From: an uncultured delta proteobacterium
GTDB taxonomy: Bacteria; Myxococcota_A; Polyangia; Polyangiales; JAFGIB01
Direction of reading: 5' to 3'
DNA length: 64,000 nucleotides
Assembly (NCBI GenBank): GCA_963778655.1
Contig: CAVZVA010000009.1
Location: forward strand, 1,216,001 to 1,280,000
Shown: positions 27,351-41,171 of the stretch, in pieces
How positions within the stretch are numbered: the first letter of the stretch is position 1
Layout of the letters: each line of letters opens with the position of its first letter
Program-made: the position numbers and the translations under genes
Notes under the pieces: generated by a model
The model's input: the letters and a program-made list of their open reading frames with translations, nothing else
Databases searched by the model: none
What the model was told of the DNA's origin: nothing

Positions 27351-28528
27351 GGCGGCGCCTCCGCCGCCTCCGCAGAGCCGAGCCCAGGCTTGAGCTCGAC
27401 CTTGGTGCCCTCCACGAGATTGAGCTGGCCGTCGGTCACGATGCGCTCGCCGGCCTTGAGCCCGCGATCGATCACCACCGTGTCGCCGGCCCGCAGGCCG
27501 CTGCCGACGCGGCGGGCGTGCGCCACGAGCTTGTCGTCGAGCACGAACACTTGGTCGCCGCGCTGCCCGGTGGTGACCGCGCGCGCGGGTACGACCACCA
27601 CGTCGTGCAGGGTGGCAAGCCGCATCTTGACCTCGACGAACTGGCCGGGCCACAGCGCGTGGTCGTGGTTGGCGAAGGTGGCCTTGAGCGCGATTGTACC
27701 GGTGGCGGTGTCCACCGTGTTGTCGATGAAAGTGAGCGTGCCCTTGGCCGTGGTCGGGTCCGGCGGCACCCGCGCCTCGACCGCCAGCTGGGCCTGCGCC
27801 TGGTTCTTGCGGATCTGCGGCAGCTTGTCGGCCGGCACCGCGAACGAGACGTAGATCGGGCTGATCTGGCGGATGACGACCAGCGGCGTGTCCGCGTTGG
27901 CCTTGATCAGGTTGCCGGCGGTGATCTGCAGGCTGCCGGTGCGGCCGTCGATCGGCGCCAGGATCTTGGTGTAGCCGAGGTTGACTTTCGCGGTGTCGAG
28001 CGCGCCGCGGTCGGCCTGCAAGGTCGCGCGCAGGCTAGCGAGCTGAGTGTAGCTCTGGTCGTACTCTTGCTGCGAGACCAGGTTCTGCTTCAGCAGCTCC
28101 GCGGCGCGGTGCTCCTGCAGCTCGGCGTTGTGCTCCTGCACCTGGTCGCGCGCCAGGTTCGCCTGCGCCTGCTCGAGCGCGAGCCGAAACGGACGCGGAT
28201 CGATCAAGAACAGCGGATGGCCTTTGGCGATGTCGTCGCCCTCGCGAAAGAACACCCGCTCGATCTGGCCGTCCACCCGAGACTTGACCGCGATGGTGGA
28301 GATCGGCACCACGTTGCCGTTGGCGTCGATCTCCAAAGGGACGTCCGCGCGGGTGGCGAGCTGGGCGGTGACCGGGACCACGCGGGGGCCCGGTTTGCTG
28401 GCCTTGGCGCCCTCGCACCCGGCGTGCAGCGCGAGCAGCAGCACACAGGCCAGCGGCGCTCGGTGCCGCGCTTGCCGCCCGGAAGTGTGCGCTCGCGTGC
28501 GCCCGCGTGGGACTGCAGAGCTCGACAT
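27347..28528 (-). CDS. RND periplasmic adaptor, MdtA type
   Basis: Lipobox-like HAGC, VKSRVDG, APIDGRTG, IDNTVDTATGTI, LWPGQFV. Confidence 0.93.
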   Translation of the reverse strand: MSSSAVPRGRTRAHTSGRQARHRAPLACVLLLALHAGCEGAKASKPGPRVVPVTAQLATRADVPLEIDANGNVVPISTIAVKSRVDGQIERVFFREGDDIAKGHPLFLIDPRPFRLALEQAQANLARDQVQEHNAELQEHRAAELLKQNLVSQQEYDQSYTQLASLRATLQADRGALDTAKVNLGYTKILAPIDGRTGSLQITAGNLIKANADTPLVVIRQISPIYVSFAVPADKLPQIRKNQAQAQLAVEARVPPDPTTAKGTLTFIDNTVDTATGTIALKATFANHDHALWPGQFVEVKMRLATLHDVVVVPARAVTTGQRGDQVFVLDDKLVAHARRVGSGLRAGDTVVIDRGLKAGERIVTDGQLNLVEGTKVELKPGLGSAEAAEAPP

Positions 28529-28552
28529 CACCTGGCCTCGCAACGAGCTTCC

Positions 28553-28581
28553 CAGCTAAATCCCCGGCGGCGCTTCGTCAA
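28553..28581 (-). promoter_or_regulatory. Putative sigma70 promoter for RND pair
   Basis: TTGACG-N17-TAGCTG on the minus strand. Confidence 0.45.
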
Positions 28582-28640
28582 GCAGACGCTTTGCGGAGGC
28601 AGAGACATAGCGAGGCGGGCTCGAGCGTGATTCCGCGGCG

Positions 28641-29918
<1,278 letters not shown>

Positions 29919-29921
29919 TGC

Positions 29922-31349
29922 TCAACCTTCCATCGACCCGGGAGCCCGTCGCTTGGGAGCACGCAAGAGACGCCGTACGAGCGCGGGATCCGCTTCGGCC
30001 AGGGTTTGACTCGATCCGTCGGCCACGTGCAGCAGCCGGATCGCGCCGCGCGTGAGCGCAAGCACCGCATCGTAGCGCCAGGCACGGGCAAAGGCGAGGC
30101 AGCGCCGCGCGTCGTCGTCGGCCAGGGTCGCGACGGCGATTTCGGCCCGCCGCAGCGATTCGGCCACCGCCGCCACCCGGCGGGCGTCTCCGCCCGCGAC
30201 CGTCACCCGCGGGCCGGCGTACGCCGGGAGCTCGACGCCAGCCACGCGCAACGTCCACTGCAGATTGCCGAGGTCGAGCGCAAACCCGGTCGCGGGCGCA
30301 TCCAGGCCGAAACGCGCGAGCAGGTCGTCGTAGCGCCCGCCGCCGCCGAGCGCCTCGCCCGGACCGTGTGCCAGCAAGCTGAAGTGCATGCCGGTGTAGT
30401 AGGACAGACCGCGCGTCTCGCTCAGGTCGAAGCACAGGTGGTCCGCGAAGTCGAGCTCGCCCATTCGCTCCGCGATTTGCGACAAGCTGCGCAGCGCAAC
30501 CTGAGCGGGCGCCGAGCGAAACACGCGCCGCGCGCTCTGCAGCACGTCGCGATCGCCGTAGTGGTCGAGCAGCGCCTCGAGCCGTTTGCACAGCGCAGGC
30601 TCGCGCACCAACGCGCGCAGTCGCGAGGCGTCCTTGTGGGCCATCGCGTCCGAGGCCGCGTCGCGCGCCGGCGCCGCGATCTGCTGCAGCAGCTCCCGCA
30701 CCAGGCGGATGTCGCTGAGCTCGACCCGGAACTGCGAGAGCCCGGCGTCCCGGCAGGCGCGGATCGCGAGCGACAGCACCTCGGCGTCCGCGTCCGCCCC
30801 CGAAGGCCCCACGCACTCGACGCCGACCTGCGAGATCTGGCGGTGATTGCGCGCGCGGCCTCGCTGGCGCCGAAAGATGCGCCCCTCGTAACACAGCCTG
30901 TACGGCGGCGGCCGATTGTTCAGGCGCGTGCCGACGATGCGGGCGATCTGCGGCGTGATGTCGGGGCGAAGCACCGCGACCTCGCCGCTCTCCGGCTCGA
31001 CGAAGCGCAGCAGCTCGTTGCTCTCGAGCGCTCCGTTGCCGCGCTCCAGCACCTCGGCGTGCTCGAACACAGGCGGTGTGACCAGCTCGTAGCCCGAGAG
31101 CTCGAAGCTGCGCAACACCCGCCGCGCGAGCTCCCGCCTCGCGGCCGCTTCCGGCGGCAACAGGTCCGCCATGCCCTTGGGCGTCACCAGCGGCGCGCTC
31201 GGCGCCGGGCTGCGCGCGGCGCGCAAGCTCTCGCCCTTGCGCGGGGACGCCTGCGGCGGCGCGCGCCACGCGGTGTGCGCCCGGCCCGAGCCCGGTGCGA
31301 CTCCGGCCGGGGCGGACCTGCTCGGCGATCGCACGCGGCTCGCCATCAC
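29922..31349 (-). CDS. hisZ: ATP phosphoribosyltransferase regulatory subunit HisZ (start uncertain)
   Basis: PKGMADLLP, LRPDITPQIAR, QVGVE, YYTG, GGGRYD. Immediately upstream of purA. Confidence 0.88.
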   Translation of the reverse strand: MMASRVRSPSRSAPAGVAPGSGRAHTAWRAPPQASPRKGESLRAARSPAPSAPLVTPKGMADLLPPEAAARRELARRVLRSFELSGYELVTPPVFEHAEVLERGNGALESNELLRFVEPESGEVAVLRPDITPQIARIVGTRLNNRPPPYRLCYEGRIFRRQRGRARNHRQISQVGVECVGPSGADADAEVLSLAIRACRDAGLSQFRVELSDIRLVRELLQQIAAPARDAASDAMAHKDASRLRALVREPALCKRLEALLDHYGDRDVLQSARRVFRSAPAQVALRSLSQIAERMGELDFADHLCFDLSETRGLSYYTGMHFSLLAHGPGEALGGGGRYDDLLARFGLDAPATGFALDLGNLQWTLRVAGVELPAYAGPRVTVAGGDARRVAAVAESLRRAEIAVATLADDDARRCLAFARAWRYDAVLALTRGAIRLLHVADGSSQTLAEADPALVRRLLRAPKRRAPGSMEG

Positions 31350-31353
31350 CGCG

Positions 31354-32940
31354 TCACATCTTCACGAGCAGCACGGAGCGCACGTTGGGCAGGGCGCGCA
31401 GCTCCTTGAGCGCATCCTCGGGGATGTCATGGTCGACGTTGTACAGCGCCAGGGCCTCACCGTCGGCAAGGCCGACTTGCATCCGCGACACGTTGATCTC
31501 GCGCCGGCCCAGAATGGTGCCGACTGCGCCGATCACCCCGGGCCGATCGACGTTCTGCATCAGCATCACGCGGCCCTCGAGCGCCGCGTCGATCTCGTAG
31601 CCGTCCAGGCCGACCAGCAGCGAGTGACCGGATGCGCTCAGGGTGCCTATGGCGGTGTGCAGCCCGGCCTCGCCCGAGACCGTCACGCGCATGCTGCTCA
31701 TGAAGCGGCGCGGCGCCTCTTCCCGCACCTCGATCACGTGGATGCCGCGCTCCTTGGCCTCGTAAGGGGCGCTGATCGGATTGACCGGCCCCTCCAGGAA
31801 GCGCTCCAGGAAACCCGAGAGTGCGGCGTTCGCGATCGGACGCACGCCGAACTCACCCGCCTCGCCCGCGCAGATCACGCGCACCTCGCGCACGTCGATC
31901 GCCTCGAGCTGACCGAGCAGCTTCCCGAGCTTGCGCGCCAGCACCACGTACGGCGCCAGCTTCTCGGCTGCCTCGCCGGGCAGCGCCGGCACGTTGACCG
32001 CGTTGCGGATCGTCCCCTGGGTCAAGAAGTCGATCACCTGCTCGGCGATTTCCTTGGCCACCCGGTCCTGCGCTTCGGCGGTGGAGGCTCCGAGGTGCGG
32101 CGTGAGCACCACCTGCTCGAGCTTGAGCAGCGGGTTATCCTGCTCGACCGGCTCTTTGCTGAAGACATCGAGCGCAGCACCCGCGACCTGGCCTTCGGCG
32201 ATCGCATTGGCGAGGGCGCGTTCGTCCACGATGCCGCCGCGCGCCGCGTTGACGATCATCACGCCCTTCTTCATCTTTTTCATCGCGTCGGCGTTGACCA
32301 GGTTCTTGGTCTCTGGCGTCAGCGGCGCGTGGATGGTGAGGAAGTCGGCACGCTCGAACAGCTCGTCGATCGACACCAGCTCGACGCCCATGCTGGCCGC
32401 CTTCTCCGAGCTCAGCACCGGGTCGAATGCGATCACCTGCAGCTTCAGGCCGAGCGCGCGATCGGCGACGATTCGCCCGATGTTGCCCATGCCGATCACG
32501 CCCAGCGTCTTGCCGGCGATCTCGGTGCCTTGGAACTTGTTCTTCTCCCACTTGCCGGCGCGGATCGACGCCGTCGCCTGGGGGATCTTGCGCGCCAGTG
32601 ACATCAGCAGCGCGATCGCGTGCTCCGCAGTCGTGACCGCGTTGCCGGTCGGCGTGTTCATCACCACCACGCCCTTGCGGCTCGCGGCCGGCACGTCGAC
32701 GTTGTCGACGCCGATGCCTGCGCGACCGATCACCTGCAGCTGCTCGGCCTTTTCCAGCACTTTGGCAGTGACCTTCGAGCCGCTGCGAATGATCAAACCG
32801 TCGTAGTCGCCGATCGCGTCGGCGAGCTCTTCTTCACTGAGGCCCGGCCGATAGTCGAAATGAATACCGGTGGCGGCGCGCAGGACGCTGAGGCCGGAGT
32901 CGCTGAGCTTGTCGGAAACGAGGACCTTGGCTGTCTTCAT
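31354..32940 (-). CDS. serA: D-3-phosphoglycerate dehydrogenase (with ASB and ACT domains)
   Basis: GRAGIGVDNVD, GMGNIG, NAARGG, TPHLGAST, DRPGVIG. Confidence 0.97.
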   Translation of the reverse strand: MKTAKVLVSDKLSDSGLSVLRAATGIHFDYRPGLSEEELADAIGDYDGLIIRSGSKVTAKVLEKAEQLQVIGRAGIGVDNVDVPAASRKGVVVMNTPTGNAVTTAEHAIALLMSLARKIPQATASIRAGKWEKNKFQGTEIAGKTLGVIGMGNIGRIVADRALGLKLQVIAFDPVLSSEKAASMGVELVSIDELFERADFLTIHAPLTPETKNLVNADAMKKMKKGVMIVNAARGGIVDERALANAIAEGQVAGAALDVFSKEPVEQDNPLLKLEQVVLTPHLGASTAEAQDRVAKEIAEQVIDFLTQGTIRNAVNVPALPGEAAEKLAPYVVLARKLGKLLGQLEAIDVREVRVICAGEAGEFGVRPIANAALSGFLERFLEGPVNPISAPYEAKERGIHVIEVREEAPRRFMSSMRVTVSGEAGLHTAIGTLSASGHSLLVGLDGYEIDAALEGRVMLMQNVDRPGVIGAVGTILGRREINVSRMQVGLADGEALALYNVDHDIPEDALKELRALPNVRSVLLVKM

Positions 32941-33311
32941 AATGGCTGCACCGTGGGTTGGGGTCGGGTCGCGAGCGGGACGCACGGCCGCGGGCGCCGC
33001 GGCGACCGCAACCAGCTGGAGCCGGACCTGCTCTCAGTGCTGGTGCGCGCAACCGTCGCCGGCAGTCGATCGCGGGCCATGTCGAGCTCGACAACCGTCG
33101 GAAAAAGGGCCCGGGAGGGCTAGCACTCCCGCCCGCTCAGCGTCAAGGAGAGCACGTGCTGTTGTGACGGAATATTCCAAGTCAGCCGGTCGTCGGCAGT
33201 CGACACGGAGAGGAATGGTGCCCGGTCGCCAGCCTTGGCACGCGGCGCGAACGCGCACGCCCACTGTTTCCAGAAGTCCCATCCGGGCGTGGCGAGAGCA
33301 AGCGCGGGCGG

Positions 33312-33337
33312 TTGCGTCGCGCATTGACGCAATGCGC
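33312..33337. promoter_or_regulatory. Overlapping inverted repeats upstream of respiratory operon (candidate operator)
   Basis: TTGCGTC-N7-GACGCAA and GCGCATTG-N3-CAATGCGC overlap. Confidence 0.4.
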
Positions 33338-33582
33338 CCTTGACCTGGCTTGGGGTTTCGCTTTTAAAGCGGGCGCCGAGTCGCACCCGGGTAGCGCCAC
33401 GCGCCCCCAACGGCGGCTTGACACAACACCGAGCGCGACCCTAGCGGCCGGCTCGGAAGACGGAGAGAAGAGACACTCGGCCGAGCAGCTCAGGCGCCGG
33501 CGCATCGCCGATCTTGTATTTCGTCGGCCCCTCGGTCATAAAGCCGCCCGATTTCCAGCCTCGCCACGAGCACGAGCACGCT

Positions 33583-34212
33583 ATGCAGCTATTCCCTCGC
33601 TCACTGAACTTCCTCCCGCTGGCGCTTGCCTTAGGTGCGGGCGGAGCCGGCACGGGAGTGACGTGGGTCTTCTGGTACTACTTCTCGCCGAAGAACCTGC
33701 AGGTCGGCTACGCGCCCGAGCAACCGATTCCGTACAGCCACAAGCTCCACGCGGGCGAGCTCGGGATCGATTGCCGCTACTGCCACGCCAACATCGAGCG
33801 CTCGCAGGAAGCGATGATCCCGCCGACCGACACTTGCATGGGTTGCCACGCGGTGGTCAAGAAGGACTCGCCCAAGCTCGCGGCCCTGCGCGACAGCTGG
33901 ACCAGCGGTAATCCGGTGCAGTGGATCCGGGTGCACAAGCTGCCCGACCACGTCTATTTCGATCACAGCGTGCACTTGGCTGCGGGCGTGGGCTGCGTCA
34001 GTTGCCACGGGCGCATCGACCAGATGGATGTGGTGCGACTCGACAAGCCGATCGCGATGGGCTGGTGCCTGGACTGTCACCGCAACCCGACCCCGAACCT
34101 ACGGCCCAAGGACCAGATCACGAACATGACCTGGCGCCCCGGTGAGGGCGGAGAACAGCTCGCCAAGGCCGAAGTCCACCCACCTCAGTACTGCTCGGGA
34201 TGCCACCGATGA
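33583..34212 (+). CDS. actA: Alternative complex III pentaheme cytochrome c ActA
   Basis: One TM plus five CxxCH motifs (CRYCH, CMGCH, CVSCH, CLDCH, CSGCH); QPIPYSHKLHAG. Confidence 0.93.
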   Translation: MQLFPRSLNFLPLALALGAGGAGTGVTWVFWYYFSPKNLQVGYAPEQPIPYSHKLHAGELGIDCRYCHANIERSQEAMIPPTDTCMGCHAVVKKDSPKLAALRDSWTSGNPVQWIRVHKLPDHVYFDHSVHLAAGVGCVSCHGRIDQMDVVRLDKPIAMGWCLDCHRNPTPNLRPKDQITNMTWRPGEGGEQLAKAEVHPPQYCSGCHR

Positions 34213-37207
34213 GTAGCGAAACCAGCAAGCAAGTGTCCGGCCGCAAGGTCTTCTGGCGCAGCCTGGAAGCGAAGGACGACCCCGAGACGGGGCGCGAGCA
34301 GGCGCGCGGCTCGGACGTCGTCAAACAGACCATCGGCTTGGTCGAGCTCGGCCGCCTCAAGCGCCGCCACTTCTTGACGCTGAGCGGCGCGATCTCGGCG
34401 CTGGCCGGAATCGAAGGCTGCATCCGGCGTCCGGTGGAGCGCATCCTGCCTTACACCCACATGCCCGAGGACGTGTCGCCGGGGGTGCCGGCGCACTACG
34501 CGAGCGTGATCAATCGCCGCGGCGAGGCGCTCGGCGTGCTGGTGCAGAGCTACGAGGGCCGTCCCACCAAGATCGAAGGCAACCCGGACCACCCGGCCAG
34601 CCGTGGCGCCACCGATCTGCAGACCCAGGGCTCGGTGCTCGATCTGTACGACACCGACCGCGCGCGCACGCCCTCGCGCGCGGGAATCACGAAGAGCTAC
34701 GCCGACTTCGACGCGCAGCTCAAACCGCTGGTCGACGGCCTGATGAAGAGCGCGGGCAAGGGCCTGCACGTGTTAGCCGAGCCGACCAACTCGCCGAGCT
34801 TTCTGCGCCTGCGGGCGGCGATCAAGCAGCGGATGCCGCTGTCGCGCTTCTACAGCTACGCTCCGGTTAACGAGGCCAACGAGGTTGCGGGCACCAAGCT
34901 CGCGTTGGGGCGGCCGTTGCTCGCGCTGACGCAGCCGCGCGCGGCCAAGGTGATCGTCGCGCTCGATTCTGACTTCCTGCTGACCGAAGCGGGCCACGTA
35001 CGCGCCGCGCGCGAGTTCTCGCAGGGCCGCTACCTGGAGTCCGCACACACGGGCAACATGAGCCGCCTGTATGTGGTGGAGCCGAGCATGACCGTGACGG
35101 GCTCCAACGCCGACCATCGCCTGCGCTTGCCCGCACAGGCGATCGGCGCCTACGCCAAGGCGCTGGCCGCAGAGCTGGGGAGTCACGGCGTGGCGCTCGG
35201 CGCCGTCGCCAGCGCGCTCGGGCCGGCGGAGATGCAGGGCGTGCCGCAACACTGGATCAAGGCGGTGGCCAAGGAGCTGGCGAGCCACCGCGGTGAATCG
35301 CTGGTGGTGGTGGGCTCGCGTCAGCCGCCCGCGGTCCACGCGCTCGCTCACGCGATCAACTCCGCGCTGCAAAATGCCGGCCGCACCGTGACCTACGTCG
35401 CGCCGGTCGATCCGCAGCAGAGCGATCCCTTCGAGGACATCAAGGCGCTGGCCGGTGAAATGGTCGCCGGCCACGTGCAGACCCTGATCGTGCTCGGCGG
35501 CAATCCGGTCTACGACGCGCCGGCCGACCTCGGCTTCAAGCAGGCCCTGGCCAAGGTTCCGCTCAGCATCTGCGCGACCTCCCGGCTCGACGAGACCGGC
35601 GAGGCGTGCACTTGGCACGTGCCACGCGCGCACGAGCTCGAGACCTGGGGCGATCAACAGTCGCGCGACGGCTTCTACGCGGTGCAGCAACCGCTGATCG
35701 CGCCGCTGTTCGACGCGCGCAGCGATCTGGAGCTGCTGGCGCCGCTGGCCGGCGAGCAGGACGGCAGCGGGCACGCGGTCGTGCGCGCGACCGCCAGCGC
35801 GCGCGGGCTTGGCGAGGAGCAGACCTGGCAGGCGCTGGTGCAGAAGGGCGTCTCCAACGCCAGCCAGGCTCAGGTGCTGGGCGGTTTGCCGATCCAGGAG
35901 CAAGCGGTCGCCGACGCAGTGCGTGCGATCGCGGCGGCGGCGCCGATCGGCGCCGACAACCTGGAGCTGGTGTTCGCACCCGACAACAAGCTGATGGATG
36001 GGCGCTACGCCAACAACACCTGGCTGCTCGAGCTGCCCGATCCGATCACGCGCATCACCTGGGACAACGTCGCGACCTTCGCACCCAGCACTGCCAAGGC
36101 GCTCGGGCTCAAGAACGGCGACATGATCAAGCTGCGCGCGGGCGATTCGGCGATCGAGATCGCCGCCTGGCTGCAGCCCGGACAGGCCGCCGGCACGGTC
36201 GGTGTCACGCTGGGCTGGGGCCGCACCCGCGCGGGTCACAACGCGGCTGAAGCCGGCTTCGATGTGTACCCGCTGCGCACGAGCACTGCCCCGCACTTCG
36301 TATCGGGGGTGAAGGTCGAGAAGCTGGGCCGCAGCTACCCGCTCTCGCAGACCCAGGATCACGACTCGATGGAGGGCCGCCCGCTGGCGCTCGATGCCAC
36401 GCTCGAGGACTACCGCAAGCAACCGGACTTCGGGCAGTGGGAGTCTCCCGACCCGTCCACGCCGCCGCTATGGAAGGTCCAAGATTACAGCAAGGGTTAC
36501 CAGTGGGGCATGGTCATCGACCTCAACACCTGCATCGGCTGCTCCGCCTGCGTGATTGCCTGCCAGGCCGAGAACAACATCCCGATCGTGGGTAAAGAGC
36601 AGATCGCGCGTGGCCGTGTGATGAGCTGGCTGCGCATCGACCGCTACTACGTCGGCGAGGACGCGGACGAGCCGGAGGTCGCCTACCAACCCGTCGCCTG
36701 CCAGCAGTGCGAGCAAGCGCCCTGCGAGAACGTGTGCCCGGTCGCCGCCACCTCGCACAGCCCCGAGGGGCTGAACGACATGGCGTACAACCGCTGCATC
36801 GGCACGCGCTACTGCATGAACAACTGTCCCTACAAGGTGCGGCGCTTCAACTTCTTCAACTTCAACCTCGACATTCCCGAGACGCAGAAGATGCAGTACA
36901 ACCCGAGCGTCACCCTGCGTTTCCGCGGTGTGATGGAGAAGTGCACGTACTGCGTGCAGCGCATCGAGGCAGCCAAGATCGCCGCCATCCGCGAGGACCG
37001 GACGGTGCGCGACGGTGACATCGTCACCGCCTGCCAGCAGGCCTGTCCAGCGCAGGCGATTACCTTCGGCAACATCAACGATGCGAAGAGTGCCGTGACC
37101 AAGAAGCGGGAAATCGACCGCAGCTACGGGCTGCTCGCCAACGTCGGCACGCACCCGCGCACGCGCTTCCTCGGCAAGATCCGCAATCCGAACCCGGAGA
37201 TGAAGGG

Positions 37208-37211
<4 letters not shown>
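34209..37211 (+). CDS. actB: Alternative complex III subunit ActB (molybdopterin-oxidoreductase-like plus Fe-S domain)
   Basis: Tat motif KRRHFL then [16 protein letters not shown], Fe-S motifs [27 protein letters not shown]. Confidence 0.94.
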
Positions 37212-38644
<1,433 letters not shown>

Positions 38645-38645
38645 G

Positions 38646-39206
38646 ATGTCGGCGGCCAACGCAACCGGCAAACGCCCCGTCTTGTTCCTGGCGGAGTTCG
38701 ACACCGCGGACGCCATCATCGGCGCAGCCGAAAAGGTGCGTGACGCGGGCTTCCAGAAGTGGGACGTGCACTCGCCGTATCCGGTCCACGGCATGGACGC
38801 GGCGATGGGCCTCTCCGACTCGCGCCTGGGCTGGATCGTGCTCGCTTCCGGGCTCACCGGGCTGAGCCTGGCGGTGTTGATGATGCAGTGGATGAACGGC
38901 TACGACTACCCGCTCGTCATCGGCGGCAAGCCACCCGACGCGTTTGCGTCGATGGTGCCCATCATGTTCGAGCTCACGGTGCTGATCTCGTCGTTCGGGG
39001 CGACCTTCGGCATGTTCGGGCTCAATCAGATCCCGCGTCACCATCACCCGGTGTTCTATTCGGACCGCTTCGAGTCGTTCTCCAACGATAAGTTCTTCGT
39101 CTCGATCGAGGCGGAGGACAAGCAGTTCGACGTCGCCAAGACCCGGGAGTTTCTCGAGTCGCTCCATCCGAGCTTCCTCGAGCTCGTGGAGGAGGAGTCG
39201 GCATGA
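38646..39206 (+). CDS. actD: Alternative complex III subunit ActD (DUF3341)
   Basis: HSPYPVHGMDAAMG, DYPLVIGGKP, PIMFELTVL. Confidence 0.93.
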   Translation: MSAANATGKRPVLFLAEFDTADAIIGAAEKVRDAGFQKWDVHSPYPVHGMDAAMGLSDSRLGWIVLASGLTGLSLAVLMMQWMNGYDYPLVIGGKPPDAFASMVPIMFELTVLISSFGATFGMFGLNQIPRHHHPVFYSDRFESFSNDKFFVSIEAEDKQFDVAKTREFLESLHPSFLELVEEESA

Positions 39207-39811
39207 CGCGCCTACCACCACGTCGCCGGCTTGCCGCCGGCTGCGCGCTCGCGACGCTGGCGCTGCTCGCGGGCGCGGGATGTCGCGGCCAGACCAGCGT
39301 CGAGCCGCCGATCGTCCCCCTGCGCAACATGTACGACCAGGACCGCTACAACGCGCAGGCCTACTGCAACTTCTTTCCCGACCACCGCACGATGCGCACG
39401 CCGGTCGAGGGCACGGTGCCGCGCGAGCGGCAGATCGATCCCGAAATCGGCAGGGGCAGGCTACCCGACGACTCGGGCTACGTGCTGGAGATCCCCAAGC
39501 CGGTGGTGGACGGGTTCGGCGGGATGAGCGCGCTGGTCAACCGCGGCCACGATCGCTTCAACATCTATTGCCGGCCCTGCCACGACGGCACCGGCAGCGG
39601 TCACGGTACGGTGATCGAGCGCTCGGGCTGGCAACCGGCGCCGCCGAGCTTCCATCAAGATCGAATCCGCCAAATGCCGGACGGGCAGGTGTTCGCGACC
39701 ATCACCCATGGAGTGCGTGTGATGCCGTCGTACGGCGCGCGCATTCCCGTCAACGACCGTTGGGCGATCGTGAGCTACGTGCGCGCGCTGGAGCTGTCGC
39801 AAGGAGAGTAG
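39203..39811 (+). CDS. actE: Alternative complex III monoheme cytochrome c lipoprotein ActE
   Basis: Lipobox AGAGC, NMYDQ, CRPCH, MPSYG, DRWAIVSYVRAL. Confidence 0.92.
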   Translation: MTRLPPRRRLAAGCALATLALLAGAGCRGQTSVEPPIVPLRNMYDQDRYNAQAYCNFFPDHRTMRTPVEGTVPRERQIDPEIGRGRLPDDSGYVLEIPKPVVDGFGGMSALVNRGHDRFNIYCRPCHDGTGSGHGTVIERSGWQPAPPSFHQDRIRQMPDGQVFATITHGVRVMPSYGARIPVNDRWAIVSYVRALELSQGE

Positions 39812-39814
39812 GCC

Positions 39815-41152
39815 GTGAGCGACGCCAAGGAACAGAGCAAGGACACTGCCGCGGCTCAGTACCGCATTCCGCCGCAGAACGTCTGGGCGCAAGCGTGGAA
39901 GATGGCGGCCGCGGTCGGCGCCGTGGGCCTGGTGGTCGCGGCCATCGGCTACAGCCTCGATCCGCGACGGTTCGCGTTCTCGTATCTGATGGGGTTTGCG
40001 ACCGTGCTGACGATGGCCTTCGGGTCGATGTTCTTCGTCTTGATCCAGCACCTGACCGCGGCCGGTTGGAGCGTGACGGTGCGGCGCACCTCGGAGTTCT
40101 TCGTGGCCGGCGTGGTGGTGATTCCGCTGCTCGCGCTGCCGCATCTGTTCCTGAACGCCAACAAGCTCTACCCCTGGTGGCACGAGCAGAGCGCGGCGGT
40201 GGCGCATGCCCAGGAGCACGTGCAGGTGGGCGAGGCCAGGCACGAAGGGGCAGCTGCAGAGCAGGAGGGCGCCGAGGCGAGCGGTCCCGAGCACGCCGCC
40301 GAAGAAGCCACGCTGGACAAGAAGCTGCCTTTTCTGAATCCGGGCTTCTTCTATGGGCGCGCGGTGCTGTACCTGCTGCTCTGGTTGTGGCTCGCGGACA
40401 GGTTGTTCCGCTACTCGACGGAGCAAGACAAGAGCGGCGACCCGAAGTGGACCGTGAAGCTACAGAGCTTCGCGCCGGGCGCGATGTGGGTGTTCGCGCT
40501 GTCGCTGACCTTCGCCGGGTTCGACTGGGTCATGAGCCTCGAGCCCGACTGGTACTCGACCATGTTCGGAGTGCGCATCTTCGCGACCTCGGCCGTGCTG
40601 GGGCTCGCACTGAACATCCTGGTCTGTCTCGGCTTGCGGCGCGCCGGTGTGGTCAAGGACGAGATCAACGTCGAGCACTTCCACGACCTGGGCAAGCTGA
40701 TGTTCGGTTTCCTGGTGTTCTGGGCGTACATCTCGTTCAGCGAGTTCATGCTGATCTGGTACGCCGCCCTCCCGGAAGAGACGATCTACTACCACCACCG
40801 CTGGGACTTTCAGTGGTGGAGGATGATCAGCGTCTCGATCGTGGTGGTGAAATTCATCATCCCGTTCTTCATGGTCATGTCGCGCAACGCCAAGCGCAAC
40901 CTTGGTCTGCTCGGGCTCGGCGCGGGATGGATCGCCGCTCTGCACCTGGTCGAGATGTATTACTGGATCATGCCGTACTACAGCGGGTCGGAGGTGCCGT
41001 TCTCGCCCACCGGCTTCATGACCGACCTCGGCTGCGTGTTGGGCTGCGTGGGCATCTACCTGGCCGTGGTGTTCAGGCGCATGCTGAACCACCCGGTGAT
41101 CGCGCTGCGCGACCCGCGTCTGGAGCGAGCGTTGGACTTCGTGCAGTTCTAG
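39815..41152 (+). CDS. actF: Alternative complex III membrane subunit ActF
   Basis: FDWVMSLEPDWYSTMFG, HDLGKLMFGF, LIWYA.LPEE. Confidence 0.92.
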   Translation: MSDAKEQSKDTAAAQYRIPPQNVWAQAWKMAAAVGAVGLVVAAIGYSLDPRRFAFSYLMGFATVLTMAFGSMFFVLIQHLTAAGWSVTVRRTSEFFVAGVVVIPLLALPHLFLNANKLYPWWHEQSAAVAHAQEHVQVGEARHEGAAAEQEGAEASGPEHAAEEATLDKKLPFLNPGFFYGRAVLYLLLWLWLADRLFRYSTEQDKSGDPKWTVKLQSFAPGAMWVFALSLTFAGFDWVMSLEPDWYSTMFGVRIFATSAVLGLALNILVCLGLRRAGVVKDEINVEHFHDLGKLMFGFLVFWAYISFSEFMLIWYAALPEETIYYHHRWDFQWWRMISVSIVVVKFIIPFFMVMSRNAKRNLGLLGLGAGWIAALHLVEMYYWIMPYYSGSEVPFSPTGFMTDLGCVLGCVGIYLAVVFRRMLNHPVIALRDPRLERALDFVQF

Positions 41153-41171
41153 GCGAGGAAGCAGGCCAAAC

